A stretch of DNA of 64,000 nt, from positions 1,760,001 to 1,824,000 of the forward strand of contig OZ245742.1 of the NCBI GenBank assembly GCA_965227295.1, in the 5' to 3' direction. The notes under the pieces were generated by a model, which ran no database searches, was not told the origin of the DNA, and was given only the letters and a program-made list of their open reading frames with translations. Positions within the stretch are counted from its first letter, which is position 1, and each line of letters begins with the position of its first letter. The translations under genes and the position numbers were made by a program. This DNA comes from Leptonemataceae bacterium. GTDB lineage: Bacteria > Spirochaetota > Leptospiria > Leptospirales > Leptonemataceae. Positions 1 to 10,172 of this stretch are shown piece by piece.

Positions 1-305
1 TTGCGCAAGAAATCGAAGGCTTCGCTCTTCAATAACTCGAGCGCTGTGCGTGCATCCGCCGCGCCGCTCATCAGAATCACCGGCACGTCGGAGTCGATGG
101 TTTTGCATTCCCGGAGAAGTTCCAGGCCGCAAATATCGGGCATTTTGTAGTCCGAGAGGACGACGTCAGGACGACGGTTGCGAAAGGATCGCAGCGCATC
201 CACGGCGTTGTTGTGGGAGTGGACCTCGAAGCCCCGCCGTCGTAGATAGACCGCGAATTCTTCGATGACTTCCGGTTCATCGTCCACTAATAGTATCTTT
301 GTCAT
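1..305 (-). CDS. Response regulator, receiver domain (runs off window start; not in ORF track)
   Basis: Manual translation from ATG at 305: MTKILLVDDEPEVIEEFAVYLRRRGFEV...PDVVLSDYKMPDICGLELL...VPVILMSG...AFDFLRK, a canonical REC pattern. Overlaps the end of the upstream kinase. Confidence 0.93.
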   Translation of the reverse strand, partial: MTKILLVDDEPEVIEEFAVYLRRRGFEVHSHNNAVDALRSFRNRRPDVVLSDYKMPDICGLELLRECKTIDSDVPVILMSGAADARTALELLKSEAFDFLR

Positions 306-1860
306 GGTTTGCTCCTGCTTGCCGGCCGAGGCCGGCCTTAATTGGAAAATCGATTACAAATCGTGCGCCGCCTTCGGCGGAGACGCCGGCCTGGATGCTG
401 CCCTCGTGGGCCTCAATGATGCCGAAGCTGATGCTCAAGCCGAGGCCCGTACCCTTGCGACCGAGTTTCGTGGTGAAGAACGGTTCGAAGAGTTTCTCCC
501 GGATTGTTTCATCGAAACCGGGGCCGGTGTCCTCGTGGATGACTTGAATCTTGCGGTTCTCGCGATCGTTTCTGACACTGATGCGAATGAGGCGCGGCCC
601 GCCCCGATCCGCGGACTCGATGGCGTGTACGGAGTTTGAGATCAGATTCATAAATACCTGGCTCAACTGAGTCGTATCTCCGGGAATGTGCGGGAGTTCC
701 CGCTCGATGTTCAGTTGCAGTTCGATATTCTTTTGCGCGACGAGATGGTCGGCCAGCTCCAGGGCGTCCGCCAGCGCGTCTTTAATATCGATCATATGAA
801 ACTTAGAAGAAACGTCGCGGCCGAAGAGGCGGAGCTGATCGATCAGCCTCGTGACCCGCATCACCATCTTCCGAATTCTGCCCACGCGCACCGCGATGAA
901 ATTCGTGTCCGGTTCGCCGTGCGGCGCCAGGTCCAGTTCCTCGTGAATCAGCTCCGCGGCCAGGCAAATGACGCTCATGGGCTGATTGATTTCATGGGCG
1001 ATGCTGGTGGCCATCTGTCCCAGGGTTGCCAGTTTCTTAGCCTGGGTCAGGCGCGTGCCGAGAGTCTTATACTCGGTGATGTCGTCCGCGACACAGACGA
1101 CGCGCGGCAGTGTGCCGCCGTTGATCAAGGGCGCGAACGTGGCGCGCAGGATTTTCTTCTCCCCTGAAAACCAGTCACTTTCGCATTCCACCTGCTGCGG
1201 CGTGGATGTTCTCACGGTACGGTAGTAAGCTCGCAGCAGGCGGGACCGGTCCTTGGGCGCGACCGAGTGAACAAAGCTCACATCCAGCTTCTTTTTCACG
1301 GGATGGCCGTCCAGCATAGGCGCCCCGCCGGGAAAAAGGAAGCGGCCGTCCGGTTCGATGACGAACGTTAAGTTGCGCGTACTCGCTATTACGGCGCTCA
1401 TGAGCTCGTTCGCTTCCTGCCGCCGGCGTTCGGCATTTACCCGCGTCGTAATATCCACCGTGGTAATGGCGGCGAAGTTTCTGCCTTCGCAATCCCGGAA
1501 GCCGGAAATATGCGTCGCATACCAACACTGACGTCCGTTTTTTTCGGCCGCGTACTCGTGATAAAACTGTCTGCCCGTGCCGGCGAGTATCATCCGTAGT
1601 TCCTGGGCGGTTCGCCGGGCGCAGGCCGAGTACTCCTCGCCCCTGGCTGCAATCTCATCGCAGATCTGAAGATAATTCTGACCGGTCGCGGCCCTGGTAT
1701 GTTGTGCGCCCAGGACATGTCGACACTGAAGATTCGTACGGATGATCAATCCGGTGCGGTCGATGATCTTTATGCACGGCTCAAGGGAATCGAGGATCAA
1801 CTCAAGGAACTCATGCTCCCGTTCGGCAATTACATCCTGTCGCATGCCGGTAGCAAACAC
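277..1860 (-). CDS. PAS-domain sensor histidine kinase (NtrB-like); start may be ATG 1845
   Basis: H-box KLATLGQMATSIAHEINQP, N-box QVFMNLISNS, EDTGPG, LFEPFFTTK, GTGLGLSIS; two PAS-like N-terminal segments. Confidence 0.92.
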   Translation of the reverse strand: MFATGMRQDVIAEREHEFLELILDSLEPCIKIIDRTGLIIRTNLQCRHVLGAQHTRAATGQNYLQICDEIAARGEEYSACARRTAQELRMILAGTGRQFYHEYAAEKNGRQCWYATHISGFRDCEGRNFAAITTVDITTRVNAERRRQEANELMSAVIASTRNLTFVIEPDGRFLFPGGAPMLDGHPVKKKLDVSFVHSVAPKDRSRLLRAYYRTVRTSTPQQVECESDWFSGEKKILRATFAPLINGGTLPRVVCVADDITEYKTLGTRLTQAKKLATLGQMATSIAHEINQPMSVICLAAELIHEELDLAPHGEPDTNFIAVRVGRIRKMVMRVTRLIDQLRLFGRDVSSKFHMIDIKDALADALELADHLVAQKNIELQLNIERELPHIPGDTTQLSQVFMNLISNSVHAIESADRGGPRLIRISVRNDRENRKIQVIHEDTGPGFDETIREKLFEPFFTTKLGRKGTGLGLSISFGIIEAHEGSIQAGVSAEGGARFVIDFPIKAGLGRQAGANHDKDTISGR

Positions 1861-2007
1861 CAGATTGCGACGAATTACAATCGGCGCCGTCGTAAACTTG
1901 TTCTGGAAAATGTCTTAGGACTTTGTCCTGGGTTGCGGGGCGGAGCAGCCAACCTCAGAGCGAATCAGAGCACCGGAATTCTGCGGCACCCTGTCCGATG
2001 CGAACGC

Positions 2008-2658
2008 TCAGTGGTGCCGGTCTTCGGATTCGATGAGGCTGTGCGTCACCGCGTAGCGAATGAGTTCATAGCTCGATTGGAGCTGCATCTTGTTCAGGAT
2101 GTTGGCGCGATGTGTACTCACCGTCTTCACGCTCAGCCCCAGATGCTTCGCGGCAACGCTCACGGAGTTACCGGCGGCCAGCAGGCGGAAGACTTCGAAT
2201 TCGCGATCCGTCAACGTGTCATGAACGTTTTCCGGCGTTCGGAAATGGCCGGCGAGCTCTTGTGCGGTTTCATCGGAGACGAACCGCTTTCCGTCGAGCA
2301 ACGTTTGTACCGCGCGGCGAACCTCGTCTTCCGGAGCCTGTTTGTTCAAGTAGCCGTCGCCGCCGGCCCGGAAGACGCGCACGGCGTACGTCTTCTCCGG
2401 ATACATCGAGTATACGAGCACCGGCAATCCCGCGTAGCGTTTGCGAAGTTCTTTCAGGGCCGCGAGGCCGCTGGTATCCGGCAGATTGAGATCCAGAATT
2501 ACGAGATCGATGTCGCGGTTGGCGAGTAGATCGAAGGCTTCTGAGACCCGCCCGGCCTGATGTACGGTCGCCTGGAGTTCTTCGCTCAGAACGGTCTTCA
2601 ATCCGGAACGAAGCATGGGATGGTCGTCGACAACGAGGATAGCTCTGCTCTTTTTCAA
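2008..2658 (-). CDS. NarL/LuxR-family response regulator
   Basis: ILVVDDHPMLR receiver plus LTDREFEV...LSVKTVSTHRANILNKM HTH. Confidence 0.95.
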   Translation of the reverse strand: MKKSRAILVVDDHPMLRSGLKTVLSEELQATVHQAGRVSEAFDLLANRDIDLVILDLNLPDTSGLAALKELRKRYAGLPVLVYSMYPEKTYAVRVFRAGGDGYLNKQAPEDEVRRAVQTLLDGKRFVSDETAQELAGHFRTPENVHDTLTDREFEVFRLLAAGNSVSVAAKHLGLSVKTVSTHRANILNKMQLQSSYELIRYAVTHSLIESEDRHH

Positions 2659-4256
2659 GCTCCGATCTCCAGCAGAACGGGTTCTACGATGCGCAAAGGA
2701 ACGGCGAGGGATACCTTCGTCGGCCCTCCCGGCCGCGATTCCAGGTGCAGTTCGCCGCCGATGGCCACGGCACGTTCACGCATGCCGATCAGACCCAGGC
2801 TCCTGGAAGTCCAGGCGTACTCGGGCTCAAAGCCGCGGCCGTCGTCTTCCAGGCTGAAATAGAAGCGGCCGTCCTCTAGCCGCAGGGTGATGTAGGCGTG
2901 TTCCGCATGGGCGTGCCGGGCGACATTGGTCAGGCACTCCTGGCAAATCCGATACACCTGGCGGCTCTCTTCGAGGGGGAACTGAGGATCATCCATGGCC
3001 GTAAAGATGATCCGGACGCCGGTCATCGCTTCGAAGTTTTCGGCCGACGTCTCGATGGTCTCCGGGAGCGAGCGCTCGCGTAAATCGATGGGCCGCAAAT
3101 CCGCCGCGATGCTTCCGGCGGAATCGATGAGACCGTCGATGGCCGTCAGGAGCCAGGCCTTCAGCTTCGGCGGCGATTTACTGAGGCCGTTCTTGAGCAC
3201 GGCGCTCGCTTTCAGCTTCAGCGCCGTGAGTTCCTGGCCGAGCTGGTCGTGCAGATCGCGGGCGATGGAACCGCGTTCTTCTTCGCGAATCTTTTGCAGC
3301 CGCATCATGACATTGCGCAGCTCGCCCGTGCGTGCGCGTACCACATGATCCAGGCTGCGATTCATATCCGCGAGTCCCCGGCTTTGCCGGCGTGCATGGA
3401 GACCGAGATAGGTCACCGTGCCGAGCAGGACGGCCAGGAGCCAGCCGCCAATCAGTAGAAGCCAGGGCGTTTCCGAAGTATGCGCGTCCAGCATCGCCTG
3501 TCCGGGAGCGATTTGCATTTGCCAGTGCTTGCCGAATGCGTCGAGGGGACGCTCGATGATGTGTTCGCTGTCCGTGTTCCACTCGGGATGTTCATAAAGC
3601 ACGACATCACTCTGCGGCGCGCTGATTCGGGTGAAAAAGGCTCGATTCGGATACGCACTGTCGAGGATGCTTTTCAGGAACTCCCGGCTTTCGAAGACAC
3701 CGCCGATGTAACCTTCAAACCCTTGTTCGTCGTGGATCGGATGGACCGTAATGAAGCCGCGGGCGCCCTGAATCAATTGAACGGGCTTCGAAAGATACGC
3801 CCGGCGATCCCGGCGGGCACGTTCAAAGAGTTCGCGGCGATAGTCCCGTGAGTTCAGGTTGAAGCCCTGCACGGACTCGTTGCCGCGCAGGGGGACGATC
3901 CACTGAATCCTGAGGTCCGCGGAGACGTACTGGATGGCCCGAAAGTTTTCCAGATCCTTGAGGTAGGCTTTGACATCCTGCTCCCATTCTTGATACGGCA
4001 TGGGGCCGGGACGTCGGGCCCAGCGGCCGGCCATGCGATCCAGGGCTTTTACGCGTTCACGCAACTCGTCCTCAAGGTGGATTTGGTACTTGTGGGCTTC
4101 CTGATCGGTGAGTTCGCGGACGTGTTTGTGCTCGATGAGCAGGACCTGTACGCAGGCAATCACCGTCGCCACCGCGGTGCTGGCGGTCAGTATTGCCGCG
4201 GGGATCAGGTGTGGCGGCGCATTCGGAAAGATATTCCTGTGCGTTTCTGGCTTCAT
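2655..4256 (-). CDS. CHASE-domain membrane sensor histidine kinase (HisKA_3/NarX-like)
   Basis: Two TM segments flanking a CHASE-like region (VQGFNL...LSKPVQLIQG); ERGSIARDLHDQLGQ, QECLTNVARHA, EDDGRGF, LGLIGMRER; ATGA overlap with the RR. Confidence 0.9.
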   Translation of the reverse strand: MKPETHRNIFPNAPPHLIPAAILTASTAVATVIACVQVLLIEHKHVRELTDQEAHKYQIHLEDELRERVKALDRMAGRWARRPGPMPYQEWEQDVKAYLKDLENFRAIQYVSADLRIQWIVPLRGNESVQGFNLNSRDYRRELFERARRDRRAYLSKPVQLIQGARGFITVHPIHDEQGFEGYIGGVFESREFLKSILDSAYPNRAFFTRISAPQSDVVLYEHPEWNTDSEHIIERPLDAFGKHWQMQIAPGQAMLDAHTSETPWLLLIGGWLLAVLLGTVTYLGLHARRQSRGLADMNRSLDHVVRARTGELRNVMMRLQKIREEERGSIARDLHDQLGQELTALKLKASAVLKNGLSKSPPKLKAWLLTAIDGLIDSAGSIAADLRPIDLRERSLPETIETSAENFEAMTGVRIIFTAMDDPQFPLEESRQVYRICQECLTNVARHAHAEHAYITLRLEDGRFYFSLEDDGRGFEPEYAWTSRSLGLIGMRERAVAIGGELHLESRPGGPTKVSLAVPLRIVEPVLLEIGA

Positions 4257-4395
4257 GGCACTTATGCCTGAGTGGGCCGTGAAAGTGTAACACCGATGTC
4301 GTACTATGGCAAAGGATTTTTTGAGGAGGTGCGTGAATGAGTGCCAATGTCCGCTAATGCGGAGAACGATTCACACGTGGCCGGGCACTATCTGG

Positions 4396-5628
4396 TCAAA
4401 TCTCACCATCTATCACCATCTGATAGACCGCTTCCAGGCGCTCGGCGCACTTGTGTAACTCGTGGTCTTGCGCGATCTCGACGCTTTGTTTCGAGAAGCG
4501 CGCGTAGAGTTCGTGGTCGCCGAGAAGCTCCAGGGTTTTGTCGGCGAGGGCGATGTGATCGAAGGGATCGACGATGAAGCCGTTGCGATTGTCCTGGATG
4601 AGTTCCGGTAACGCGAAGGCGTCCACGCCCACGCAGGGCAGGCCGCACGCCGCGGCTTCGAGGACCACCAGGCCCTGGGTCTCCATCGTCGAAGCGGTGA
4701 GAAAGAGATCGTAACGGGGATAGATTTTCGGCAGCTCGGCGTAGTCCACGAAGCCGTGGAAGACAACGTTCTCGTCGATGCCTAACTGTTTCGCTTCGAT
4801 CTTTAACGAGGTGAGGGCCGGCCCGTCGCCGTAGATGTCGAGCATGGTGCCGGGAATTTTTTCGATGATGCGGGCCACGGCCTTGAGCACCACGTCGCAG
4901 TTCTTTTCGTAGCTGATGCGTCCCACGTGCAGCAGGCGGGGCGCCTTTGCGTCGCCGGGGCCGCTTTTGGGCACGCCCTGGAAGCGGCTCAGGTCGAGGC
5001 CGTTCGAGACGACTTCGACGGGCGTGGTGACGCCTTCGTTCAACAGCTCGTCTTTGATCAAGTGTGAAGGCGTGATGATGAGCTTGCCGGTTTCGTAGAG
5101 GCCGTTGCAGAGTTTGAGGATGATCGTTTTCTTGAGGGTGTTGCCTTTCTTGCGTTCGATTTTATCGAGGTTCTTTTTGACCTTTTTGTTGCTCTTGAAG
5201 AAGTTCAGCAGGGTGTCGACCTTCAGCAGGCGATACAACGAAACGTAGGTGTCCTGCTCCTGAACGAGGGTGTGGTAGGTGCCGATGAGCGGGACTCCGT
5301 ACATCTTCGCCGCGAGTACGCCGTACTGGCCGAGCAGCCCGGGAGACTGGATGTGCACCAGGTCCGGCTTGAACATCGTCATGGCTTTGGTGATGCGTTT
5401 GTGCGAGGGCAGGACCATCTTCACGTCCGGGTACGACGGCAGACCCGTGTTGCGAAAGCGGACGATCTCGACGCCTTCCGGAGTCGGCACCTCGCCCTCG
5501 ACGTAATCCGGCGCACAGATCACGAAACGATGGCCTTTCTTCGAAAGAATCTCCGTGAAGTTGCTCACGCTGATGGCGATGCCGTCGACTTTCGGTAGAT
5601 AGGTATCGGAAAAGATTACGATGTTCAT
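4396..5628 (-). CDS. GT4 glycosyltransferase (diacylglycerol glucosyltransferase-like)
   Basis: FSDTYLPKVDG, VGRISYEKN, ETQGLVVLEAAACGLP motifs. Confidence 0.9.
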   Translation of the reverse strand: MNIVIFSDTYLPKVDGIAISVSNFTEILSKKGHRFVICAPDYVEGEVPTPEGVEIVRFRNTGLPSYPDVKMVLPSHKRITKAMTMFKPDLVHIQSPGLLGQYGVLAAKMYGVPLIGTYHTLVQEQDTYVSLYRLLKVDTLLNFFKSNKKVKKNLDKIERKKGNTLKKTIILKLCNGLYETGKLIITPSHLIKDELLNEGVTTPVEVVSNGLDLSRFQGVPKSGPGDAKAPRLLHVGRISYEKNCDVVLKAVARIIEKIPGTMLDIYGDGPALTSLKIEAKQLGIDENVVFHGFVDYAELPKIYPRYDLFLTASTMETQGLVVLEAAACGLPCVGVDAFALPELIQDNRNGFIVDPFDHIALADKTLELLGDHELYARFSKQSVEIAQDHELHKCAERLEAVYQMVIDGEI

Positions 5629-5676
5629 ATTTGCGGGTGTTGTATCAAAGTCCGCGCACTTTGTATGTCTCTTTTT

Positions 5677-6237
5677 TTACGGTGATTCGTCGGGGTTGGG
5701 TTTTTCGTCGGGCAGCGCGGTTTCCGCCGGTAGCTCTTCGTCGCCGTCGGTTTCGATGCGCCGGCTTTCCTGACGAAAGGCTTCGCGCAGCGGATTCAAC
5801 TCCTCGTTCAACGTGGCCAGGTAGCACGCATCGTGATGCAGCCGAAGCGCGCCGTATAATAAGAAGACAATCAGTACCGAGGCCAGGCTGAGTCGCGCCG
5901 CTCGCCAGGCTCGCCGGGTGGGACCGTAACGCTCAATCCAATCACCACTGAATTTTCTGGGCGGCGCATTCGCTTCGTCGTCACGCAGGGCTTTGAGCGA
6001 CGGGCCGGTGTCCTCGGGATAGAGAAAGAGCAGGGCCAGCGCCGAGAGGAAAACGAAGGCGGCCAGGGCGGCGGTAATGGGATAGAGAAGTGGAATCAGC
6101 GCGAGGCCGACGCAGAGAAAGGCCAGTCCCAGGAGGACGTAGGCCGAGATTCCAAAGAGGGCCTGCCGCATGGGCGTGAGCGTAGATTGCGGCCGGACGG
6201 CGGCAACCGGTTTTTCCCGGTTCAGCGCGATCGGCAA
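5677..6237 (-). CDS. Hypothetical membrane protein
   Basis: 186-aa ORF with three hydrophobic segments filling the gap between GT4 and tpx; TTG start uncertain. Confidence 0.6.
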   Translation of the reverse strand: MPIALNREKPVAAVRPQSTLTPMRQALFGISAYVLLGLAFLCVGLALIPLLYPITAALAAFVFLSALALLFLYPEDTGPSLKALRDDEANAPPRKFSGDWIERYGPTRRAWRAARLSLASVLIVFLLYGALRLHHDACYLATLNEELNPLREAFRQESRRIETDGDEELPAETALPDEKPNPDESP

Positions 6238-6310
6238 TGTCCATTATTTACGTGACAGTGTGCCCGCGGGGCGCGAGATCATCTAAAACACTCAGGAGTT
6301 TTTCATTATT

Positions 6311-6817
6311 ATGGCTCAGGTTACTCTCAAAGGCAATCCCATCAACCTTGAAGGCAGCATGCCCGGTGTGGGCGACGCCGCCCCGGACTTCAAAGTCGTA
6401 AAGGACGACATGTCCGTCGTTTCGCTCAAAGACTTTGCCGGTAAGACCAAAATCCTCGTGGCCGTTCCGTCGCTGGATACGCCGGTCTGCCAGAAAGAAA
6501 CCCGCGAATTCAATCAAAAAGCAGCGTCCCTCGACAACACCGAGGTCATTGTGGTGAGCGGCGATCTGCCTTTCGCCATGAAGCGCTTCTGCTCCACCGA
6601 GGGCATCGACAGGGTCACCGTGGGGTCGCAATACCGCGATTTCAGTTTCTCCAAGGCCTACGGCACGCACCTGGCCGATGGTCCCCTGGCCGGCCTTTCG
6701 GCCCGCGCGGTCTTCGTCGTGGACAAGGACGACAAAGTAAAGTATGTCGAGCTGGTGCCGGAAATCGCCGAAGAGCCGAAGTACGACCAGGTTCTCGAAG
6801 CCGCCAAAAACGCGTAA
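6311..6817 (+). CDS. tpx: Thiol peroxidase (atypical 2-Cys peroxiredoxin)
   Basis: [48 protein letters not shown] upstream. Confidence 0.96.
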   Translation: MAQVTLKGNPINLEGSMPGVGDAAPDFKVVKDDMSVVSLKDFAGKTKILVAVPSLDTPVCQKETREFNQKAASLDNTEVIVVSGDLPFAMKRFCSTEGIDRVTVGSQYRDFSFSKAYGTHLADGPLAGLSARAVFVVDKDDKVKYVELVPEIAEEPKYDQVLEAAKNA

Positions 6818-6843
6818 GCTTAGCTTTGAGCGAAGAAAACTTA

Positions 6844-7500
6844 ATGGAATCGCCGGTATCATCGACACCGGCGGTGTCCGCGATCGTCGGTCGATTAAGC
6901 GCCGGCCTCGACGAACTCGTTCACCGCCTGGCGGGAATCTTTAAGGATCCCGAGCGGGCGGTGGTCGAGTATCTCCGGGACCACGAGCTGGACGGCACCC
7001 AGGCACGCGTTACGTTCTTGCGTTTGCACCTGCCGCTGCTGTTGCTGATGGTCGTTGCGAGTCTGCTGTCCCCGCTCGCGCACCTGGGCGTGCTCGGTTC
7101 GTTTTCGTTGTTGTTGCACGTGCTTGTACCGCCGTTCTTCGCGTTCGGACTCTTGCTGCTCGCCGTCGTCTTCGATCAGATGGCGCGTTATTCCCGGCAC
7201 CCGCGCGTCGAAGAGCCGGGCGAACTCAAGATCGGCGGAATCGCGCTGTTTCTGTTTCTTCCGCTTTCGGCTACGGCGCCGTTCTTCTTCGTGCATCCGT
7301 TGATCGGCCTGCTCATGTTGCTGCCGGCCGCCGTGTACTGCGGTTACATTGCCCTCGAAGTCACGGCGGCGTTGTATGAGATCAGCCTCGCGCGTTCGTT
7401 TACGCATCTGGTGAACGCCGCGTTGCTGGGCCTCATTCCCGTGGCGGTGCTGGTGCTGTTATTCAACGTGATGCGAAGCATTAGCATTTTGAAGGGGTAA
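6844..7500 (+). CDS. Hypothetical multi-pass membrane protein
   Basis: ORF with ~5 hydrophobic helices directly after tpx; ATG at 6844 preferred over TTG at 6826. Confidence 0.7.
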   Translation: MESPVSSTPAVSAIVGRLSAGLDELVHRLAGIFKDPERAVVEYLRDHELDGTQARVTFLRLHLPLLLLMVVASLLSPLAHLGVLGSFSLLLHVLVPPFFAFGLLLLAVVFDQMARYSRHPRVEEPGELKIGGIALFLFLPLSATAPFFFVHPLIGLLMLLPAAVYCGYIALEVTAALYEISLARSFTHLVNAALLGLIPVAVLVLLFNVMRSISILKG

Positions 7501-7586
7501 GTGGTATTTTTTGCCACAGAGGGAAGATAGAACAGGAGTATGCGAGGCAGACGTTTTTTTGATCAGGGTGATGTTACGAACGGGTG

Positions 7587-7712
7587 TCTTTGCGTGAGGG
7601 ATCGGAAGGGTCGCGAAGCGAGTCTTTGCGCAGCAAAGACCGAAGCCGAAGGCGGAGCCCTGGAGAGCCCGGCGGCCCGCCGCCTTCGCGGCGCGGCGGG
7701 CCGGCACGCCCA
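7587..7712 (+). repeat. Structured intergenic repeat, family A copy 1
   Basis: GCGTGAGGGATCGGAAGGGT...GCGGAGCCCTGGAGAGCCCGG...ACGCCCA, matching copies at 11472-11603 (-) and 63607-63735 (+). Confidence 0.85.
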
Positions 7713-7782
7713 GAGAAGGGTCGCCTCGCATTTTGCTCTAATGTTCGGCGCTGTGTGATTAGTGAAGGCGCGTTTAAGTTTC

Positions 7783-9264
7783 ATGAAAATACACTTAATC
7801 GGCGTGGGCGGAGTGGCCATGGGGAACCTGGCCGCCATGTTAAAGCAGATCGGTCACAAGGTGAGCGGATCGGACAGGCCGTTGTACCCGCCCATGTCCG
7901 ATAAACTCAAGGAGTGGGGCATCGAGGTCAAACAGTTCGACGAACGCAACGTAAAGGGCGCGGACCTGGTGATCGTCGGCAACGCGATTTCGCGCGGGAA
8001 CGTCGAGGCCGAGTACGTGTTGAACGAACGCCGGCCGTACATGAGCATGTCCCGGGCCCTGGCCGAGTTCTTCCTGAAAGATCGTCGCGTGATCGTGGTG
8101 GCCGGGACGCACGGCAAAACCACGACGACGTTTTTGATTGATCACATCCTTTCGCACACCGGGGAGAAGCCCGGGCTGTTCGCCGGCGGCGTGCGCGGCG
8201 ACGGCATGGACGGCTTTCGTGTGCCGGAGAAATCGCCGTACTTTGTGATTGAGGGCGACGAGTACGACACGGCGTTCTTCGACAAGGCCGCGAAGTTTTT
8301 ACATTACCGGCCGCGCTTCGTGGTGCTGACTTCCGTGGAGTACGATCACGCCGACATTTACGAAAACGAACGTGAGTACCGGCGCGCCTTCGCGCGATTG
8401 CTGCGCATTGTTCCTTCGGAAGGTGCCGTAATCGCCTGCGCCGGAGATCGCGGCGTACGCGAGGTCCTGCACGGTTACGAACTCGCGCCGGTGCAATGGT
8501 ACGGGTCGGCGCAGTACGGCAAAAAGATCGGCAAGATGTCCGCGCGCAGCGGCGCGAACTTTCTCGGCGGGCTCTACTCGTTTCGGCGTCAGGGTCGCCG
8601 CGTGGACTTCGACTTCCCCGGCCTCGTCGAAGACTTTGCGCTCATCGGCGAACACAATACCGCCAACGCCATGGCGGCGGCTCTGGTCGCGCGTTACGCC
8701 GGCGTACCGAAGGCGCAGATTGTCCGCGCGTTACGGAGTTTTCCCGGAGTGTTGCGCCGCCAGCAGGTGCGCGTGGATCTTCCCCGTTCGCAGGCCGTCG
8801 ACGCGCCGATTACTTTCATCGAGGACTTTGCCCATCATCCCACGGCCGTGAAGGCGACGATTGCCGCGGTGCGCGAGGCCTATCCCGGGCGGCACGTGCA
8901 TGCCCTGTTCGAACCCCGGAGCGCCACGTCGCATCGCAGCGTCTTTCAGCGCCGCTACGCCACGGCCCTGGCTAAGGCGCATTCGGTGTATGTTTGCGAC
9001 GTGTTCGATAAAAACAAAGTCCCCGCCGGGGATCGCCTGGACGTTAAGAAAATCGTAGCAGACATTAAGGCCTCGCGCAAGTCGGCGCGGGGCGGCGCGG
9101 CGGTCTTCGGCAAAGACGCGGACGATCTCTTTGAGCGCTTTCGCAAGAACTTTACGCCCTCTTCGAAGGGCGACGTGATCCTCGCCATGTCCAACGGCGC
9201 CTTCGGCGGCATTTATCCGCGCATCGATGAGTTGCTGAAGGCCCTGGCAGTGAAGAAAAAATAG
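7783..9264 (+). CDS. mpl: Murein peptide ligase (MurC-like; UDP-MurNAc:L-Ala-D-Glu-mDAP ligase)
   Basis: IHLIGVGGVAMG, VGNAISRGN, AGTHGKTTTT, EGDEYDTAFFDK, EDFAHHPTA, FEPRS, MSNGAFGGI. Confidence 0.92.
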   Translation: MKIHLIGVGGVAMGNLAAMLKQIGHKVSGSDRPLYPPMSDKLKEWGIEVKQFDERNVKGADLVIVGNAISRGNVEAEYVLNERRPYMSMSRALAEFFLKDRRVIVVAGTHGKTTTTFLIDHILSHTGEKPGLFAGGVRGDGMDGFRVPEKSPYFVIEGDEYDTAFFDKAAKFLHYRPRFVVLTSVEYDHADIYENEREYRRAFARLLRIVPSEGAVIACAGDRGVREVLHGYELAPVQWYGSAQYGKKIGKMSARSGANFLGGLYSFRRQGRRVDFDFPGLVEDFALIGEHNTANAMAAALVARYAGVPKAQIVRALRSFPGVLRRQQVRVDLPRSQAVDAPITFIEDFAHHPTAVKATIAAVREAYPGRHVHALFEPRSATSHRSVFQRRYATALAKAHSVYVCDVFDKNKVPAGDRLDVKKIVADIKASRKSARGGAAVFGKDADDLFERFRKNFTPSSKGDVILAMSNGAFGGIYPRIDELLKALAVKKK

Positions 9265-9297
9265 TGACAGCATGTGCGGCGCGGTTACGTTCAGGAC

Positions 9298-9813
9298 ATG
9301 CTGCGCCGAATCACAATTGCAACGCTTCTGTTTCTAAGTTTAGTATTTTTTGCGGGCTGTGAATATCTTTCCGATCCCAATCTGCTGCGTAAGTCTTCGG
9401 ACAATACCGACGAGTTCCAGTGCACGTTGACGTCGCCGGACGAAGACGGCATCCTCAAACAACGCGGCTACGACTACAAGTTACGCTGTGAGGCCAAACA
9501 AGGGCCCGTGCGCTTCGTGAACCTGCGCGCGTCCATTGTGGGCACGGAGTACGTGGACGGTCGCTCGCGCTCGCGTTCCCTAGGCGAAAAAACGATCCGC
9601 AGCAGCCCGGTCGTAGTGACTCCGGACCAACCCTTCGAATACAGCGGGCGGCTGAACGTCAGTGCCTTCGGGGCCTGGAGCGGTCGCCGCGCGCTGCATG
9701 TGAGTTCGGTCATCGACTACCCGGACGATCCGGAACGCAGCTACGAAGAAGAAGAACAGGACAAGATCAACCGGCCCTGGCGTTACAAACTGCTGGTCGT
9801 GAAAAAACTTTAA
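9298..9813 (+). CDS. Hypothetical lipoprotein
   Basis: MLRRITIATLLFLSLVFFAG-C lipobox; AGGA just before ATG 9298. Confidence 0.7.
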   Translation: MLRRITIATLLFLSLVFFAGCEYLSDPNLLRKSSDNTDEFQCTLTSPDEDGILKQRGYDYKLRCEAKQGPVRFVNLRASIVGTEYVDGRSRSRSLGEKTIRSSPVVVTPDQPFEYSGRLNVSAFGAWSGRRALHVSSVIDYPDDPERSYEEEEQDKINRPWRYKLLVVKKL

Positions 9814-9833
9814 TGTCGGCGGGCTGACTGCTT

Positions 9834-10112
9834 ATGCGTAAAATCTACGGAGTTGTAATCATTGTTTGCGCGTTGCTGGTCTTCGCCGTCGGCGGTGCGT
9901 ACGTCGTCGGGGAGTACGAACGCCCGCCGCTGATCAGCGAGGCGCAACTGGCGGAGATGGACGCGCAAAGCGCGGAACTTACGCGATCGCAGGCGGAGCA
10001 AACCACGTCCACGATGCGCACCACGGCGTGGATCAGTTTCGCCGGGGCGTCGATCGCGGCGTTGCTGATGGTCTTCACCGGCGTGCGGTTGATCCTCGCG
10101 GCTCCGGATTAA
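9834..10112 (+). CDS. Small two-TM membrane protein
   Basis: 92 aa with N- and C-terminal hydrophobic helices, same strand as neighbours. Confidence 0.65.
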   Translation: MRKIYGVVIIVCALLVFAVGGAYVVGEYERPPLISEAQLAEMDAQSAELTRSQAEQTTSTMRTTAWISFAGASIAALLMVFTGVRLILAAPD

Positions 10113-10172
10113 ATCTTCCAGGAAAAATGGATCGACTTTTGTTAGGGAAATGTTAGTGTTTCCTTAAGTGGT

